A DNA stretch of 27,774 bases from Candidatus Bathyarchaeia archaeon (GCA_050012755.1 JBEKGO010000034.1:1-27774); one strand, 5' to 3'. Positions 1 through 9,915 are shown, numbered from the stretch's first letter. Numbers and translations are program-made. Notes: a model not told the origin generated them from the letters alone.

Positions 1-29
1 TGCCCAGATTTTCTAATTGCAGTACTGGT

Positions 30-1517
30 TTACTCATATCTCATCGCCTCTGCTGGTCTTATTTTTGCTGCTCGCCATGCAGGGTATAGACTGCCTATTG
101 TTCCAAGAAGAACAGCCACGCCGAAACCCAACAGTGCAAGCTCAGGAGTCAATGTCGTTACTGCTAATCCGCCGATTCTCGTAGTGCCTGCAAGCGCAGG
201 ACCGGCCGTTGACCTGACGCCTACGCCAATGCTCGGAAGCAGAAGTGATGTAATCGTGGGCGCTGCGATGCTACCTATTACGATACCTACTACACCAGCT
301 ATTATGCTTAGGAGGATGCCTTCAAGCATGAATTGGCCCATAACTGTAGAGTTGCTAAAACCTATCGCCTTAAGTGTACCAATCTCTTTGGTTCTCTCCT
401 TGACGGTGTAAAGCATGACAAATAAGACGATCAAGCTTGTTGCAACAACGACTACGATAATTTCTTCGATTGCAGTTGAATAAGTCTGACTGTTAGCTGA
501 TTGAGCACTTGCCAATTCAGTATTATAGGTCGATTGCAATGTTTGAAGCTGACTTAACCGAGTTTGATCAGTAGTTACAGTAAGTTCTGGATGCAACGAA
601 CTAATTGAGGTAGCTACCTGCGAAACAACACCACTGCTTTGGGCAAAGACCGCGAAACTAGTTATGTATCCAGTATTGTTAGTTATTGCTTGAGCGTCGG
701 ATAAGTTCATGTACAATGTTTGCATTTGCGAAACCGACGATGGATTATAGATACCTACTACTGTAAAGGATTGGTTCAAAATAGTAATGGTGTCGCCTAC
801 TCCCGCATTGAAGTACGCTGAGTTGTTTTCGCTAAGCAAGACAGCCCCGGCATCGCCGGCCTGCAAATTTCTTCCTGCAGTAATGTTTGTTGGCAAAACG
901 GGATAGTTGTCTACTAAAGTGGAAGTCAGCGGAATGCCTTCAATCGTGTATTCTACTTGAAGCCGAGTGATGTTTTGCGTGTATCCGTTAAATGATAGGT
1001 TTTGCGTTACATTCTCCCCTTCTGAGGCTTGCAGAATACTCTCAACAGCTGCAACTCCTGAGAGTGAGCTATTGATGTCAGTGTATAAGCTCTCATTCAT
1101 AGGATTTGATTGACCACCACTAAAAGCGCCGCCGCCAAACTGACCAGGCGTACCGCCTCCACCGAATTGACCAGGGCTAAAACCACCACTACTAGAAGTG
1201 CCGCCTCCAAATTGGCCAGACGGACCCCCACCGCTAGAGGTATCATTTGGCGGTGTAAAGCCAAAACCTGAAAAACTTGACGCAAGACTACAATCTATCT
1301 GAGTTGAAGTTTGGTTTATGGAAACGCTAGTTTGGCTAATAATATTGCTTAAGTTTGACGCTGCAGCGCTGGCTGTCTGCTGATTAGCCAAAACACCCGC
1401 AGGAATTGAAACCATAATCGCCATAGAAAAACCTAAAGCAATAATTACCAATAACGCACGAATTTTTCTTCTTGAAATATTTCTAACCGCTCTACTTACG
1501 ATTCCCATCTGGTACAT
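30..1517 (-). CDS. ABC transporter permease, FtsX/MacB family
   Basis: N-terminal 'AVRNISRRKIRALLVIIALG' TM, large extracytoplasmic domain ('AGRNL...VLLSE...VGDTI...FTVVGI'), 'ERTKEIGTLKAIG' motif and C-terminal 'LYPAWRAAKIRPAEAMRYE'. Contains a Gly-rich GQFGGG x3 insert. Confidence 0.93.
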   Translation of the reverse strand: MYQMGIVSRAVRNISRRKIRALLVIIALGFSMAIMVSIPAGVLANQQTASAAASNLSNIISQTSVSINQTSTQIDCSLASSFSGFGFTPPNDTSSGGGPSGQFGGGTSSSGGFSPGQFGGGGTPGQFGGGAFSGGQSNPMNESLYTDINSSLSGVAAVESILQASEGENVTQNLSFNGYTQNITRLQVEYTIEGIPLTSTLVDNYPVLPTNITAGRNLQAGDAGAVLLSENNSAYFNAGVGDTITILNQSFTVVGIYNPSSVSQMQTLYMNLSDAQAITNNTGYITSFAVFAQSSGVVSQVATSISSLHPELTVTTDQTRLSQLQTLQSTYNTELASAQSANSQTYSTAIEEIIVVVVATSLIVLFVMLYTVKERTKEIGTLKAIGFSNSTVMGQFMLEGILLSIIAGVVGIVIGSIAAPTITSLLLPSIGVGVRSTAGPALAGTTRIGGLAVTTLTPELALLGFGVAVLLGTIGSLYPAWRAAKIRPAEAMRYE

Positions 1518-1795
1518 CTCACATTTTTAATGTAAAAAGGCAACCAAAAAGAGAACTGAAGGGGTTTTCTTTTTGGGCAGTTATAGGGCTTATGGCCTTT
1601 TTTTATTTCAATTCTCTTCTTGATTGCCTTTTCCTTGCATGTCTTCGAAGAGTTATTAAACAATTTTTCACAATTCCATCCAAATTTAGTCCACATCTAT
1701 TGGAACAAAGACCCAAATTTTTGTACTATCAAAATCATTTGGGCAATTGCTTAAATTAAGAATTAACATATTTCCTTCAGCTGAGACGGGCTTGA

Positions 1796-2107
1796 ATGGC
1801 TGTTAATGTGCGCCAATTCAAATATCTACTCGGATGGTTAATCGCAGGATCAAAAGGCGGTCCAATGCGCGCCAAAATGGTTGAAATCTTAAAGGACACA
1901 CCGCAAAACGCAAACCAGTTGGCTATCCTGCTGGAAGTTGATTACAAAACTATACGGCATCACATTGAGATTCTTGAAAAGAACAACCTGATTACCTCAG
2001 CTGGAGGAGCTGGAAGTGGATATGGAACTACATACTTCCTGTCACCTGCGTTAGAGGAGAATTACGCCTTGTTTGAGGATATTAGGAAGAGAATGTGGCA
2101 AAAGTAG
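1796..2107 (+). CDS. ArsR-like winged-helix transcriptional regulator
   Basis: 'RAKMVEILKDTPQNANQLAILLEVDYKTIRHHIEILEKNNLI' HTH; divergent from the ABC permease. Confidence 0.88.
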   Translation: MAVNVRQFKYLLGWLIAGSKGGPMRAKMVEILKDTPQNANQLAILLEVDYKTIRHHIEILEKNNLITSAGGAGSGYGTTYFLSPALEENYALFEDIRKRMWQK

Positions 2108-2139
2108 AAAAGAGTGAAAAATAACATGGAGAGAAACAT

Positions 2140-2583
2140 ATGCGCAAGAACCTAAAAATAACAATAGTAGCCACCATATTGATAGTTGTGGCTTTAGATG
2201 CAGCCCTTTGGGCAACCTACACATTTTATAATCCATCTAACCAGCCATTTAATCCTTTTAATCCAGTACCACCGCCGCCAAATGGTAATCCTGGCGATCT
2301 TGAAATTTATTACTTCGCTGAATCAGTTATTTCCTCCCTCAACATTGCGCTTCTGGTTTTCCTTCTCATCTCAAACGCTGATTTGTTCAGGAAGACTCGA
2401 ACGAAGTTCACTTTTGGATTGTTAATTTTCTCAGCGGCTTTCCTCGTCAAAGACCTAACATCCAGTCCCTTAGTGATTTCGGTCTTCGGTTACCGCCAAG
2501 TAGGTTTAGGTCCATTTGCGTTGTTGCCAGACTTGTTTGAGCTTGTTGTTTTGGTGGTACTACTTTACTTAAGTTTCGAATAA
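2140..2583 (+). CDS. Hypothetical membrane protein (about 4 TM)
   Basis: 147-aa ORF with several hydrophobic segments, directly downstream of the regulator. Confidence 0.75.
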   Translation: MRKNLKITIVATILIVVALDAALWATYTFYNPSNQPFNPFNPVPPPPNGNPGDLEIYYFAESVISSLNIALLVFLLISNADLFRKTRTKFTFGLLIFSAAFLVKDLTSSPLVISVFGYRQVGLGPFALLPDLFELVVLVVLLYLSFE

Positions 2584-2834
2584 TTGGAATGTAAATGGAA
2601 TGACTGTTACTGAGTGGGCACATGTAGATTTACGAATCAATGCCCAATGCTGCTAAGAAATATTCTTGTAGAAAAGTTGGCGGCAACTTGATCGGCTGCA
2701 AGGAATTCTGCGCTATTTTTTGTTCAATTTGGAATTGAGTTGGAACTGATTTAGAAGAGAGTGGGTTCCAATCTTGAAAAATCCCTTAATAACGCTTTGG
2801 GCAAGGTGTTTTCAAGTGAAAAGGAGGTGGAAAA

Positions 2835-3407
2835 ATAGAAAGAAAAACAGCCGCATTAACGCTGCTAATAATAACAGCATTCGCCGCAGTCATCGGAGGC
2901 TTCGCGATAATAACAGCACACGCATCCGACACAAATTCAACCTCAATGTCGAGCACAACCGCTTTGGCATCAAGCACTTCGGACAACAGCACAAATAATC
3001 CCTCTCTATGGGGAATGAATGATATGAACGCTGGCAACATGGGATTCGGAGGAGGAGCGATGGGACAGGGAATGGGATCAGGATCAATGGGACATGGAGG
3101 ATTCATGGGCGGCATGGGTAACGTTGAAGTCAGCTCAGATTACACAGCCAACGTAACCGCAATACTCAACACAGACTCAGACGTGCTGAAACTAATCGCC
3201 GAAGGCTACAACGTGACATCAATCAACCCGATGATCAAGACTGTCATCGGAGGCGACGGAACAGTCACCGCACAAGCAACAACAGCGATAGTTACACTGC
3301 AAAATGGCACATCAGGATATGCAACTGCTTACGTGGACCTTTCACAGGCTAAAGTCACTCAAATAGTCATCATTACAAGAACCGTAATTGACAAGTCTGG
3401 TAGCTAA
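2835..3407 (+). CDS. Secreted/surface protein with Gly/Met-rich segment; probable ATA start
   Basis: ORF 2946..3407 extends in frame upstream to a TGA at 2817-2819. The extension encodes a signal-peptide-like IERKTAALTLLIITAFAAVIGGFAIITAHA. SD GGAGGTG (2823-2829) precedes ATA at 2835. Confidence 0.7.
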   Translation: MERKTAALTLLIITAFAAVIGGFAIITAHASDTNSTSMSSTTALASSTSDNSTNNPSLWGMNDMNAGNMGFGGGAMGQGMGSGSMGHGGFMGGMGNVEVSSDYTANVTAILNTDSDVLKLIAEGYNVTSINPMIKTVIGGDGTVTAQATTAIVTLQNGTSGYATAYVDLSQAKVTQIVIITRTVIDKSGS

Positions 3408-3450
3408 ACCAAAAAAGCAGATATGCAACACAGAAACAATGCCACAAAAC

Positions 3451-3490
3451 GGGATAGCCTCACGGCTATCCCAAATTTCCACTTTTCTTG
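3451..3490 (+). terminator. Hairpin plus pyrimidine tract after the secreted-protein gene
   Basis: GGGATAGCC-TCAC-GGCTATCCC perfect 9-bp stem (3451-3472) followed by a T-rich tract. Confidence 0.5.
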
Positions 3491-3787
3491 TTTATGAAAG
3501 CTAAACTACGCGTAAAAGCGAAGCTAAAGATAAGGGCTGAGAAGGCTCTGGACACATTACGATTACTAACTTAGTGTCGTGATAGCGCATTTGCATTTGT
3601 GTTCTTTTCTCCTAAAAAGTAATTCAATCAACATTTTCAGCTTGATTATTTTGATAGTGTTTCGGAGTCGGATTCTAATGTTGACGCGTTTTAGTATAGA
3701 CTCCGGAAAAGGTATAAGTCTTTATAGGTTCCAAACCCAAAAGATGGTGGAACACGGCCCAACCCCAAAAGGGGGCGGAACCTATAA

Positions 3788-3863
3788 CGGGCCCGGTGGG
3801 ATTTGAACCCACGATCTCCGGCTCCGAAGGCCGACACCTTAATCCGTGCTAGGCTACGAGCCC
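3788..3863 (-). tRNA. tRNA-Arg (anticodon TCG)
   Basis: Reverse complement GGGCTCGTAGCCTAGCACGGATTAAGGTGTCGGCCT-TCG-GAGCCGGAGATCGTGGGTTCAAATCCCACCGGGCCCG folds as a cloverleaf; no intron and no encoded CCA. Confidence 0.96.
3844..3863. repeat. Left attachment site (20-bp core = tRNA-Arg nt 1-20)
   Basis: CCGTGCTAGGCTACGAGCCC, identical to 25519-25538. Confidence 0.92.
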
Positions 3864-3944
3864 TTTTCCATGCCTTTAGGCTAGGCTCCGTACATTTTAG
3901 TCTTTGTGTTAGATGAATTTTTCGTCTGAAATCTTTGCCTTGCA

Positions 3945-5348
3945 TCAGTAACCGCTCTTCTCTTTGCGTAAGTAGTGCCTCCCTGTTGTTCGGTTGTAGT
4001 TGTACTCTTGATAGCCTTCAGCGCCGTAACGGTTCATCTTCTCGCTGTAGTCCGGATCTGATTCAGTGATTTCTATTGGTTCCCACTCTTTGTCGCTGCC
4101 GTAGAGACGCTCGGATATTGGAGCGTAAACTTTGACATATTTGTCAGAGTTTTCGCCTAGAAGGTTTGCGACTGCGTCTGAGTTGCCTTTTAGGTACCGT
4201 TCAAGGACTGCTCGCCAATGACGGTTACTATAGAACGTAATCTTTTCTAGTTCAGGTATGCATAGACGTTTAGCAGCTGCCTCTCTTGCTCGCCTGAAGT
4301 TTTGTCCAGCGGTATCCGTGCCTCTGTATGTAAAGACCAGATCCAGGTTTCTTTGTTTTCTGTTACGGCAAGTCGCAATGGTTAGTTGTCGGTTTTTCCA
4401 TTCTGCCAGCATGTCGATCACTTTGACAAAACGCCCTTTAAGTTGGGCAGTCCTTGTTCGCCCATGTTTAGCTGGCTTGTTAATAGCGATTGTTTTTCTT
4501 ACAAAGTCTATGTCTTTCCACTCGATTCTTAGGGCTTCGATGGGTCTAGCGGCGGTTGCCATTAACACGAAACAGAAGACTTGCATCTGGAAGCTGAGTG
4601 CACCATAGAGGGTTTCCATGTGTTGAGGCTGCGGGACGTTGTACTCAGGGGTTTTGTATTCGAAGTGTGGTATCTTGACGTCTTCCATGTGAAGGTATTT
4701 CTTAACAAAACTAGTGTAGGCTTTGCAGATGCTATTTTTGTTGCAGTTTGTTTTATTGCTTAGTTCTGGGTCGAATGCTAGTTTACGTTTGAAATCTTCA
4801 GGATCAAAGAGGTTGACGCCGATTTTTGTGGCAAGCCATTTGAGTCGCGGGATGTACTTGCTTAGAGTTAAGTCATTTATGAGGTGCTCTTTTTGAATGT
4901 ACTGCTTGTAATCTGCAATCACTAGGTCTATGTCGGCTTTGACGATAGGTTCAATTCTAGTTTCCTTTTGTTTTTCTTCTAGCGAAACGCTGATTTTCTC
5001 AGTCGTTTCAGTAGTCAAGTTTTTCGCTTCCTCTGAGGTTGCGCATACTTGGCGTGTTGTAGTCTTGTGGTGTTGAGCAATTAAGCTTTGTCCAAGTAGA
5101 ACGTCGCTGAACCTGCGACCACAGTCCCAACATATGTATCGTTGAAGATCTGTTCCGTCATAGAGGTAACGGTGACCATTACAGGAGAAATTGGAGCCAA
5201 GGCATTCGGGGCAAACGGAGGGTTTCTCAATATGAACTTGATCTTGCGGTCCTTTAGGGGGCGCCTGTAGTCCAGAATTTTCCTGGAACTGCGTACTGCC
5301 AAGTATGCCTTCAGAAGAGGCGGGCGCCTTTCCCTGGACCTCAGTCAT
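3945..5348 (-). CDS. Tyrosine recombinase/integrase 1 with N-terminal Zn ribbon
   Basis: 'ATAARPIEAL' (R), 'KPAKHG' (K), 'FYSNRHW' (YxxR in place of HxxR), 'LLGEN...KVY' (Y); N-terminal CPEC...QRYICWDC. Start placed at ATG 5348, which overlaps the upstream stop (TAATG); the track gives 5384. Confidence 0.88.
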   Translation of the reverse strand: MTEVQGKAPASSEGILGSTQFQENSGLQAPPKGPQDQVHIEKPSVCPECLGSNFSCNGHRYLYDGTDLQRYICWDCGRRFSDVLLGQSLIAQHHKTTTRQVCATSEEAKNLTTETTEKISVSLEEKQKETRIEPIVKADIDLVIADYKQYIQKEHLINDLTLSKYIPRLKWLATKIGVNLFDPEDFKRKLAFDPELSNKTNCNKNSICKAYTSFVKKYLHMEDVKIPHFEYKTPEYNVPQPQHMETLYGALSFQMQVFCFVLMATAARPIEALRIEWKDIDFVRKTIAINKPAKHGRTRTAQLKGRFVKVIDMLAEWKNRQLTIATCRNRKQRNLDLVFTYRGTDTAGQNFRRAREAAAKRLCIPELEKITFYSNRHWRAVLERYLKGNSDAVANLLGENSDKYVKVYAPISERLYGSDKEWEPIEITESDPDYSEKMNRYGAEGYQEYNYNRTTGRHYLRKEKSGY

Positions 5349-5938
5349 TAAGCAGTACCCCCGAAGAAACTGTAAGGCGGACATGCAACAACTGCAGCAG
5401 CTCCGCGAGCAGCATTACTTACACTACTAGAAAGTTGCCAGCCCCACCAAATACGTCGACTCCTTCGTCGCTTGTTCTGTCGTGGGTTGATTAGAAGGTG
5501 TTTTGAGTTTGTTAGAGGCTGCATTGAGGATTTCGTTAGTAGATTCGGTCGCTTATAACATTCTCGCTCAGTGCCTGCTTGATTTTTCCCACATTTTACA
5601 ACTAACTTTGTTTGCTGATCTTGTTTTTGCTCTGCCTGCGGAACATCAATCATCTGTCGGTAGCGACTAAAATCAAGAGACATTCTAAGCCTCTCCTGGC
5701 AATCTTCGACCGCCCATCTCCAGACTAGTTTTCTTTTTCCAAGTCCTGCAGCTGACTCCGCCACCGTGGCTGCAGCCGTATTTCTCAGGGTTAAAGTCCT
5801 CGCAAGGATTTGTTTGCTGTGGAAATTGCAAGGATAAGGCATCGGCTTTTCAACCAAAAGACTCGATTTAGGACCTATTGCTTCGTGCAATGGTTCGTAG
5901 TTAGTAGTGAAGTTCTTAGCAAATGTTTTCGTTGTCAC
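5348..5938 (-). CDS. Hypothetical protein
   Basis: 196-aa ORF that fills the gap between primase and integrase, with SD-like GAGGAGG upstream; no recognisable motif. Confidence 0.45.
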   Translation of the reverse strand: MTTKTFAKNFTTNYEPLHEAIGPKSSLLVEKPMPYPCNFHSKQILARTLTLRNTAAATVAESAAGLGKRKLVWRWAVEDCQERLRMSLDFSRYRQMIDVPQAEQKQDQQTKLVVKCGKNQAGTERECYKRPNLLTKSSMQPLTNSKHLLINPRQNKRRRSRRIWWGWQLSSSVSNAARGAAAVVACPPYSFFGGTA

Positions 5939-5941
5939 CTG

Positions 5942-8656
5942 CTAAGAAGCCTCCTCTCGATCTGTAGGCTCTGGAGACTGAACATCAAACTTGGCGCCTT
6001 GAGCCTTATAATCAGGGATAGTATGTTCTTTCAAACAAGAATTACAGTTGTAGCTTACACCCTGCAGTACTCCATTTAAGAAAAGTTGTATCTCCCACGC
6101 TGATTCAAGCCCTTCACAATTCCAACATTTCTCAATTTTGCCGTGGGAAATTGGCTTAATTTTTAAAGTGTAGTTTTTTTGAACATACTCAACATTACTT
6201 TCTCCTATGGCCGATTGGTTAGCCTTCCGTGAGTTTGCCACACTTTCCACATTTTCCACACTTTTTTCTCCCTCTCTTAAAGAAATATTCTCTTCAGTGT
6301 TTTGTTTTCCAGATGTACCGTTACCTGTGGAGTCTGTGGAATCTGTGCCTAGTTCTGTTTGTTTAACCTTAGATTTAGCTTCTAAGAGGGTTTTCTGTCG
6401 TTCAACATCGGTTTTTAGGCATAGACCTATCCAGAACCTTGTTTCTGTTTCACCTTTAATCTTAGTGTTTGAGTCTCTAACTCGTGGTGTATTGCGTAGT
6501 CTTTCGTAGAATTTTCTGTCGGTTTCAGGTGTTGCATTCATATCCTCGCAGTAGAGTTTGTAATTGTCATGGCTGGCCTTTCGGGAAATATAGAAATCTA
6601 ATCCGAAAACACAATTATCGTCTAACCAGGCGCCTATCGGATCGCTCGCTCGTTTAAATTCGGTCATCGTTTCAGCCGTGGTTTTACTTTTTGAAAAGTC
6701 TTTATTCCGGCTTATCCTATGTAGGCCTTCCAACATCCAGTTTAAGATTCCGCTAACTTCGTTAGGGTCACATAACCAGGTTTTTTCTATGTCGTCTTTT
6801 TGGTTTTCTCCAATGAAGCTGTTTGGGAACTTGAGTATTTCTACTCTATCCCAGAAACCTAAACTTGTGTCTTTTACCGGTGGGAAATTGTTTCCTAACA
6901 CAAATGGCTTGGCCATGTTCTTAAATTTGAGTCGTCTTTGCTTAATTTTTACCTCTGCGTCTAACGTGTCTTCCCCGGTAAGTTTCTTGATTAATGCGGT
7001 TTCTAAAGCGTTTTTTGTGTCGGGTTCGCTGCTTACGTTGATTAAGCAGCCATATAGTTGTGCTACTGCAAAACGGTGCTCTCCATCAAACTCTTTTAGT
7101 TCGATGTTAGCGCAAAACTCAGAGCCAAAAATAAATTCTAGAGTGGCTATTACTCTGCCTTTTCCATTTCTACCTATTCCATAAAACCAAAAGATTTTAT
7201 GTTTAGGCATCCCTGGGAATAATGTGTACCCCATGATCTCCTGCAACAGTGTTCTATCGGCTGGATCAGGTAAGATTTCTTCTAGGAACTTGAGCCAAAT
7301 TGGGCATTTCTTTGTATCATCATAGGTAACGTTTAGTTTGTAAGTGAATATTTGTTCCTTGTTGAAAGGTTTCAGAGTTTGGGTTTCTAAGTCTAAGAGT
7401 CCATTTTGTACTGGAATTACACCGGTGAACTTGTTAAATTCTTCACGTGAAACGTAGCTTTGTCTCTCCAAGTGTCTTAATACCTCTTCGATATAGTAAG
7501 TGTAGACTTTTGGGCCTAAGTTGTCCTCTAACTCTTTTTCGAGTTTGTGTTTTGCTTTCTTATAGATTCCGTCCTCGTAAAAGTGTAGGTCCTCGAGGTC
7601 AGTAGGCGTTTTGAAAGTGTATCTTGAGTTTAAGTCGTCTAATATAGCGGCCATTTTGGCCTCTTTTGCTTCTTGGTTAGCGGTTTTCTGTGCTTGAACA
7701 GAATGTCTTTTGCATCTTGAGCAAACAGTTTTAGGGTCACAAACAAAAACTTCGTATAACGCTATGCTTTTTCTTCCGTCTTCCTGGGCTTTTGGCACGC
7801 ATGGATGGGGTTTTCCTCCTCTGTTCTTGAAGTCTTTTCCGCTTTCTATTTGGGCTTGAGTAACTGAATATTGGTAGTCTCTGCCTTTGCTGTCATAAAC
7901 GGTTTTGAAAAAGTTGTGGATCTCGGCATCGTTGAACCCTTTAGAGAGCATGAAGGCTAACAAGGCTAACCTTTGATTGTGCTCGAGTAGAATGTGCTTG
8001 CTGTTGACTGTTTGAAAGACGCATTGGTATTGTAGGAAATCATATTTCTCCAAGATTTCAGCGAGAAATTTCCGGGTGTCAGCTCCTAAACTATTGTCTT
8101 CTAAAATGACCGTATTTTTGACTAGAACATATTGGCCCTTATGGCCTTCGGTGTCTATTGCGTAGCCTCCGAGAGCTGCGTAGCCATTGTTTAGAAACTC
8201 TGTGTGAAGAGGTTTTTTGTAGGGGTTAGAGTTGTCTTTTTCCGTTGAACAAAAGAGGACGCGGTAGCCAAGATTTGGGGTTCTGAAAGTTAAGGTGTTT
8301 GTTCTAGGCCCAAAACGTTGGACCCATAAATGATAAACAAACTCCCAATCAAAATCTATAGTGTTGACGTTGCCTAACCCTGTAACCATGCCAAAATTCC
8401 AATATTCAACGGTTGAATCTCTGCAGTAGTTAATTAGACTCTCAAACTCTGCCATTGTTTGAGTTTTTGCTTTCCAGCCTTTCCCTAACCCTTCAGGATT
8501 TTTGTCCTTGTCTCCGGCAACTATTACCCAATCAGGATGCTTATTCTTAAGTTGGCGTAATTCTTCGATGTTAAAAAGTATCGTCAATGTGTCGGCTGCT
8601 CCTTCATTGCCTTTTTCCCTTCTTATGTTCTTCAGCTTGTTTTTTCCATTTTTCAC
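5942..8656 (-). CDS. Replication protein: primase-polymerase domain fused to P4/D5-like SF3 helicase, C-terminal Zn finger
   Basis: Prim-pol motifs 'NFGMVTG...TIDFD...FRTPNLG'; D5_N-like 'IPVQNGLLDL'; Walker A 'GIGRNGKG'; 'IKKLTGED', 'GFWDRVEILKF'; C-terminal CWNC...CNSC. Confidence 0.92.
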   Translation of the reverse strand: MKNGKNKLKNIRREKGNEGAADTLTILFNIEELRQLKNKHPDWVIVAGDKDKNPEGLGKGWKAKTQTMAEFESLINYCRDSTVEYWNFGMVTGLGNVNTIDFDWEFVYHLWVQRFGPRTNTLTFRTPNLGYRVLFCSTEKDNSNPYKKPLHTEFLNNGYAALGGYAIDTEGHKGQYVLVKNTVILEDNSLGADTRKFLAEILEKYDFLQYQCVFQTVNSKHILLEHNQRLALLAFMLSKGFNDAEIHNFFKTVYDSKGRDYQYSVTQAQIESGKDFKNRGGKPHPCVPKAQEDGRKSIALYEVFVCDPKTVCSRCKRHSVQAQKTANQEAKEAKMAAILDDLNSRYTFKTPTDLEDLHFYEDGIYKKAKHKLEKELEDNLGPKVYTYYIEEVLRHLERQSYVSREEFNKFTGVIPVQNGLLDLETQTLKPFNKEQIFTYKLNVTYDDTKKCPIWLKFLEEILPDPADRTLLQEIMGYTLFPGMPKHKIFWFYGIGRNGKGRVIATLEFIFGSEFCANIELKEFDGEHRFAVAQLYGCLINVSSEPDTKNALETALIKKLTGEDTLDAEVKIKQRRLKFKNMAKPFVLGNNFPPVKDTSLGFWDRVEILKFPNSFIGENQKDDIEKTWLCDPNEVSGILNWMLEGLHRISRNKDFSKSKTTAETMTEFKRASDPIGAWLDDNCVFGLDFYISRKASHDNYKLYCEDMNATPETDRKFYERLRNTPRVRDSNTKIKGETETRFWIGLCLKTDVERQKTLLEAKSKVKQTELGTDSTDSTGNGTSGKQNTEENISLREGEKSVENVESVANSRKANQSAIGESNVEYVQKNYTLKIKPISHGKIEKCWNCEGLESAWEIQLFLNGVLQGVSYNCNSCLKEHTIPDYKAQGAKFDVQSPEPTDREEAS
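6236..6350. repeat. Candidate iterons/origin inside the rep gene 3' end
   Basis: Three 9-bp repeats (tgccacact/ttccacatt/ttccacact) and three opposite-orientation 9-bp repeats (cctgtggag/tctgtggaa/tctgtgcct) flank ~60 bp of AT-rich sequence. Confidence 0.5.
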
Positions 8657-9131
8657 GGCATTTGCGACAAGTACGATAGGGTTCTTCTTTTTTTTCTGCT
8701 AAACTGAGGGTCGCGCCACAAGCACAACAATAGTCTTTTAACCGCTCCATCAAAGGCTCAATTTTAGCCTCTATTTGCTTAAGCGTAAAATGTCTAGGGC
8801 AGAGATTGGGTACGTCTTGCTCTGTTGTAATCTGTTCTTCATGTTCTTTTGCAAATGCAGGAATATCTAACTCTGAAACGATACCTACCGAGGTACCTCT
8901 TACATTAACTTCTAAGTGAATAGGCGGGTTTGCCACATCGTAGTAAGCTGCACAACAACAAAACCCGGTTTTGGGCTTTTTTAGCTTAACAATTTTTGCG
9001 GCGCCTATTTTTTCATCCCAAATCACATCTTCTTGATGAAAAAACGGTAATCTACGGCATGTATGGTAGCCAGTAAAGCAAAATATCATTTCAGGGCAGA
9101 GATAGCCTAACGGCTGTTGTTTTTCAGTCAA
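8604..9131 (-). CDS. Cys-rich hypothetical protein with C-terminal Zn finger
   Basis: CACG...TCRKC; likely TTG start at 9131 coupled to the upstream stop (track start 9200). Confidence 0.6.
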   Translation of the reverse strand: MTEKQQPLGYLCPEMIFCFTGYHTCRRLPFFHQEDVIWDEKIGAAKIVKLKKPKTGFCCCAAYYDVANPPIHLEVNVRGTSVGIVSELDIPAFAKEHEEQITTEQDVPNLCPRHFTLKQIEAKIEPLMERLKDYCCACGATLSLAEKKEEPYRTCRKCREKWKKQAEEHKKGKRQ

Positions 9132-9268
9132 TTTTGACGCTCCGTTTTTGGTTTGTTTTGAGCGATTATTTGACATTGGAGTTTGAGCTCTGGATCGCAA
9201 GTCTTACAATCATTCGGCGTTTCAGCATGTGGATAATTCGTGTAGCAACCAGGTATGCTTTCAGTCAA
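9128..9268 (-). CDS. Small Cys-containing hypothetical protein
   Basis: LTESIPGCY...DCKTC...QC; translationally coupled to its neighbours (track ORF 9128..9334). Confidence 0.4.
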   Translation of the reverse strand: MTESIPGCYTNYPHAETPNDCKTCDPELKLQCQIIAQNKPKTERQN

Positions 9269-9382
9269 GTGGAAGCTCTCCTTGAATCTGTTTTTCGTCG
9301 TCAGGGCATCCGAATGGTCTTTCGCGGGCCTCACACCTAAGAATCAAGCAATTATTGCAGGTCACGTCTGTTTTCAAGATTA

Positions 9383-9604
9383 TTAGACCTCCGGCAAAGT
9401 GGAACTTGAGACGGATCCGCAGGTCCTAATGGACTGAATTTCAAAGCCGGTGTTTCCTTGTTTTTTTGGCGTAAACAAGTTGCACGCTGGATTACTCGCT
9501 AACCTGTTCTTTTCGCCTTTTCCACATCTCCCGAAGAAATCAACACAATCCATACATTGTTTTTCGCCTACGGCGCCTTTAGGAAAGAAGTCAAAGCAGG
9601 TCAA
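9383..9604 (-). CDS. Small Cys-rich hypothetical protein
   Basis: CMDCVDFFGRC...ACNLF; likely TTG start at 9604, just after the 9612 stop (track 9383..9694). Confidence 0.5.
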   Translation of the reverse strand: MTCFDFFPKGAVGEKQCMDCVDFFGRCGKGEKNRLASNPACNLFTPKKQGNTGFEIQSIRTCGSVSSSTLPEV

Positions 9605-9611
9605 CGCTACT

Positions 9612-9794
9612 TTAGGCCTCCTCTGGAACAACGGCAGTGATGAAAATATGGCAGCCATTGTCAGTGTCATTTTCGCAGAGTTTGCCTGCGACAAAAAGCG
9701 GAAATAAACTTTCGATTCTTTTAGCGGTTCTTAAAACGGCCTCTTTCTCGCCGGTAAGCTTTATCGTTATTTTCTTATTCTCAGGTGTGGTCAT
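9612..9794 (-). CDS. Small hypothetical protein, first gene of the replication operon
   Basis: 60-aa ATG ORF co-oriented with the downstream operon. Confidence 0.55.
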   Translation of the reverse strand: MTTPENKKITIKLTGEKEAVLRTAKRIESLFPLFVAGKLCENDTDNGCHIFITAVVPEEA

Positions 9795-9915
9795 GTCTAT
9801 TTCTTAGCAGGGCACAAACCCCACTAATAGAAAAAAGAATTTTTATTGTTCTGAAGATAATAACAAAATTCTCACGAGTTGTCTCACGTTTTCTCTTTTT
9901 TCTTACAGTGATTAG

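Noticed and set aside
3579-3945. ORFs 3579..3806(+) and 3691..3945(-)
   Set aside because: They overlap the tRNA-Arg gene and have no protein motifs.
5938-5944. TAG read-through fusing the primase to ORF 5348..5938 (same frame)
   Set aside because: The downstream ORF has its own SD-like GAGGAGG and GTG, and an in-frame arrangement occurs one time in three by chance.
7439-7454. Bacterial parS-like TTCTTCACGTGAAACG inside the primase gene
   Set aside because: Single imperfect copy (13/16) in coding DNA of an archaeal element.
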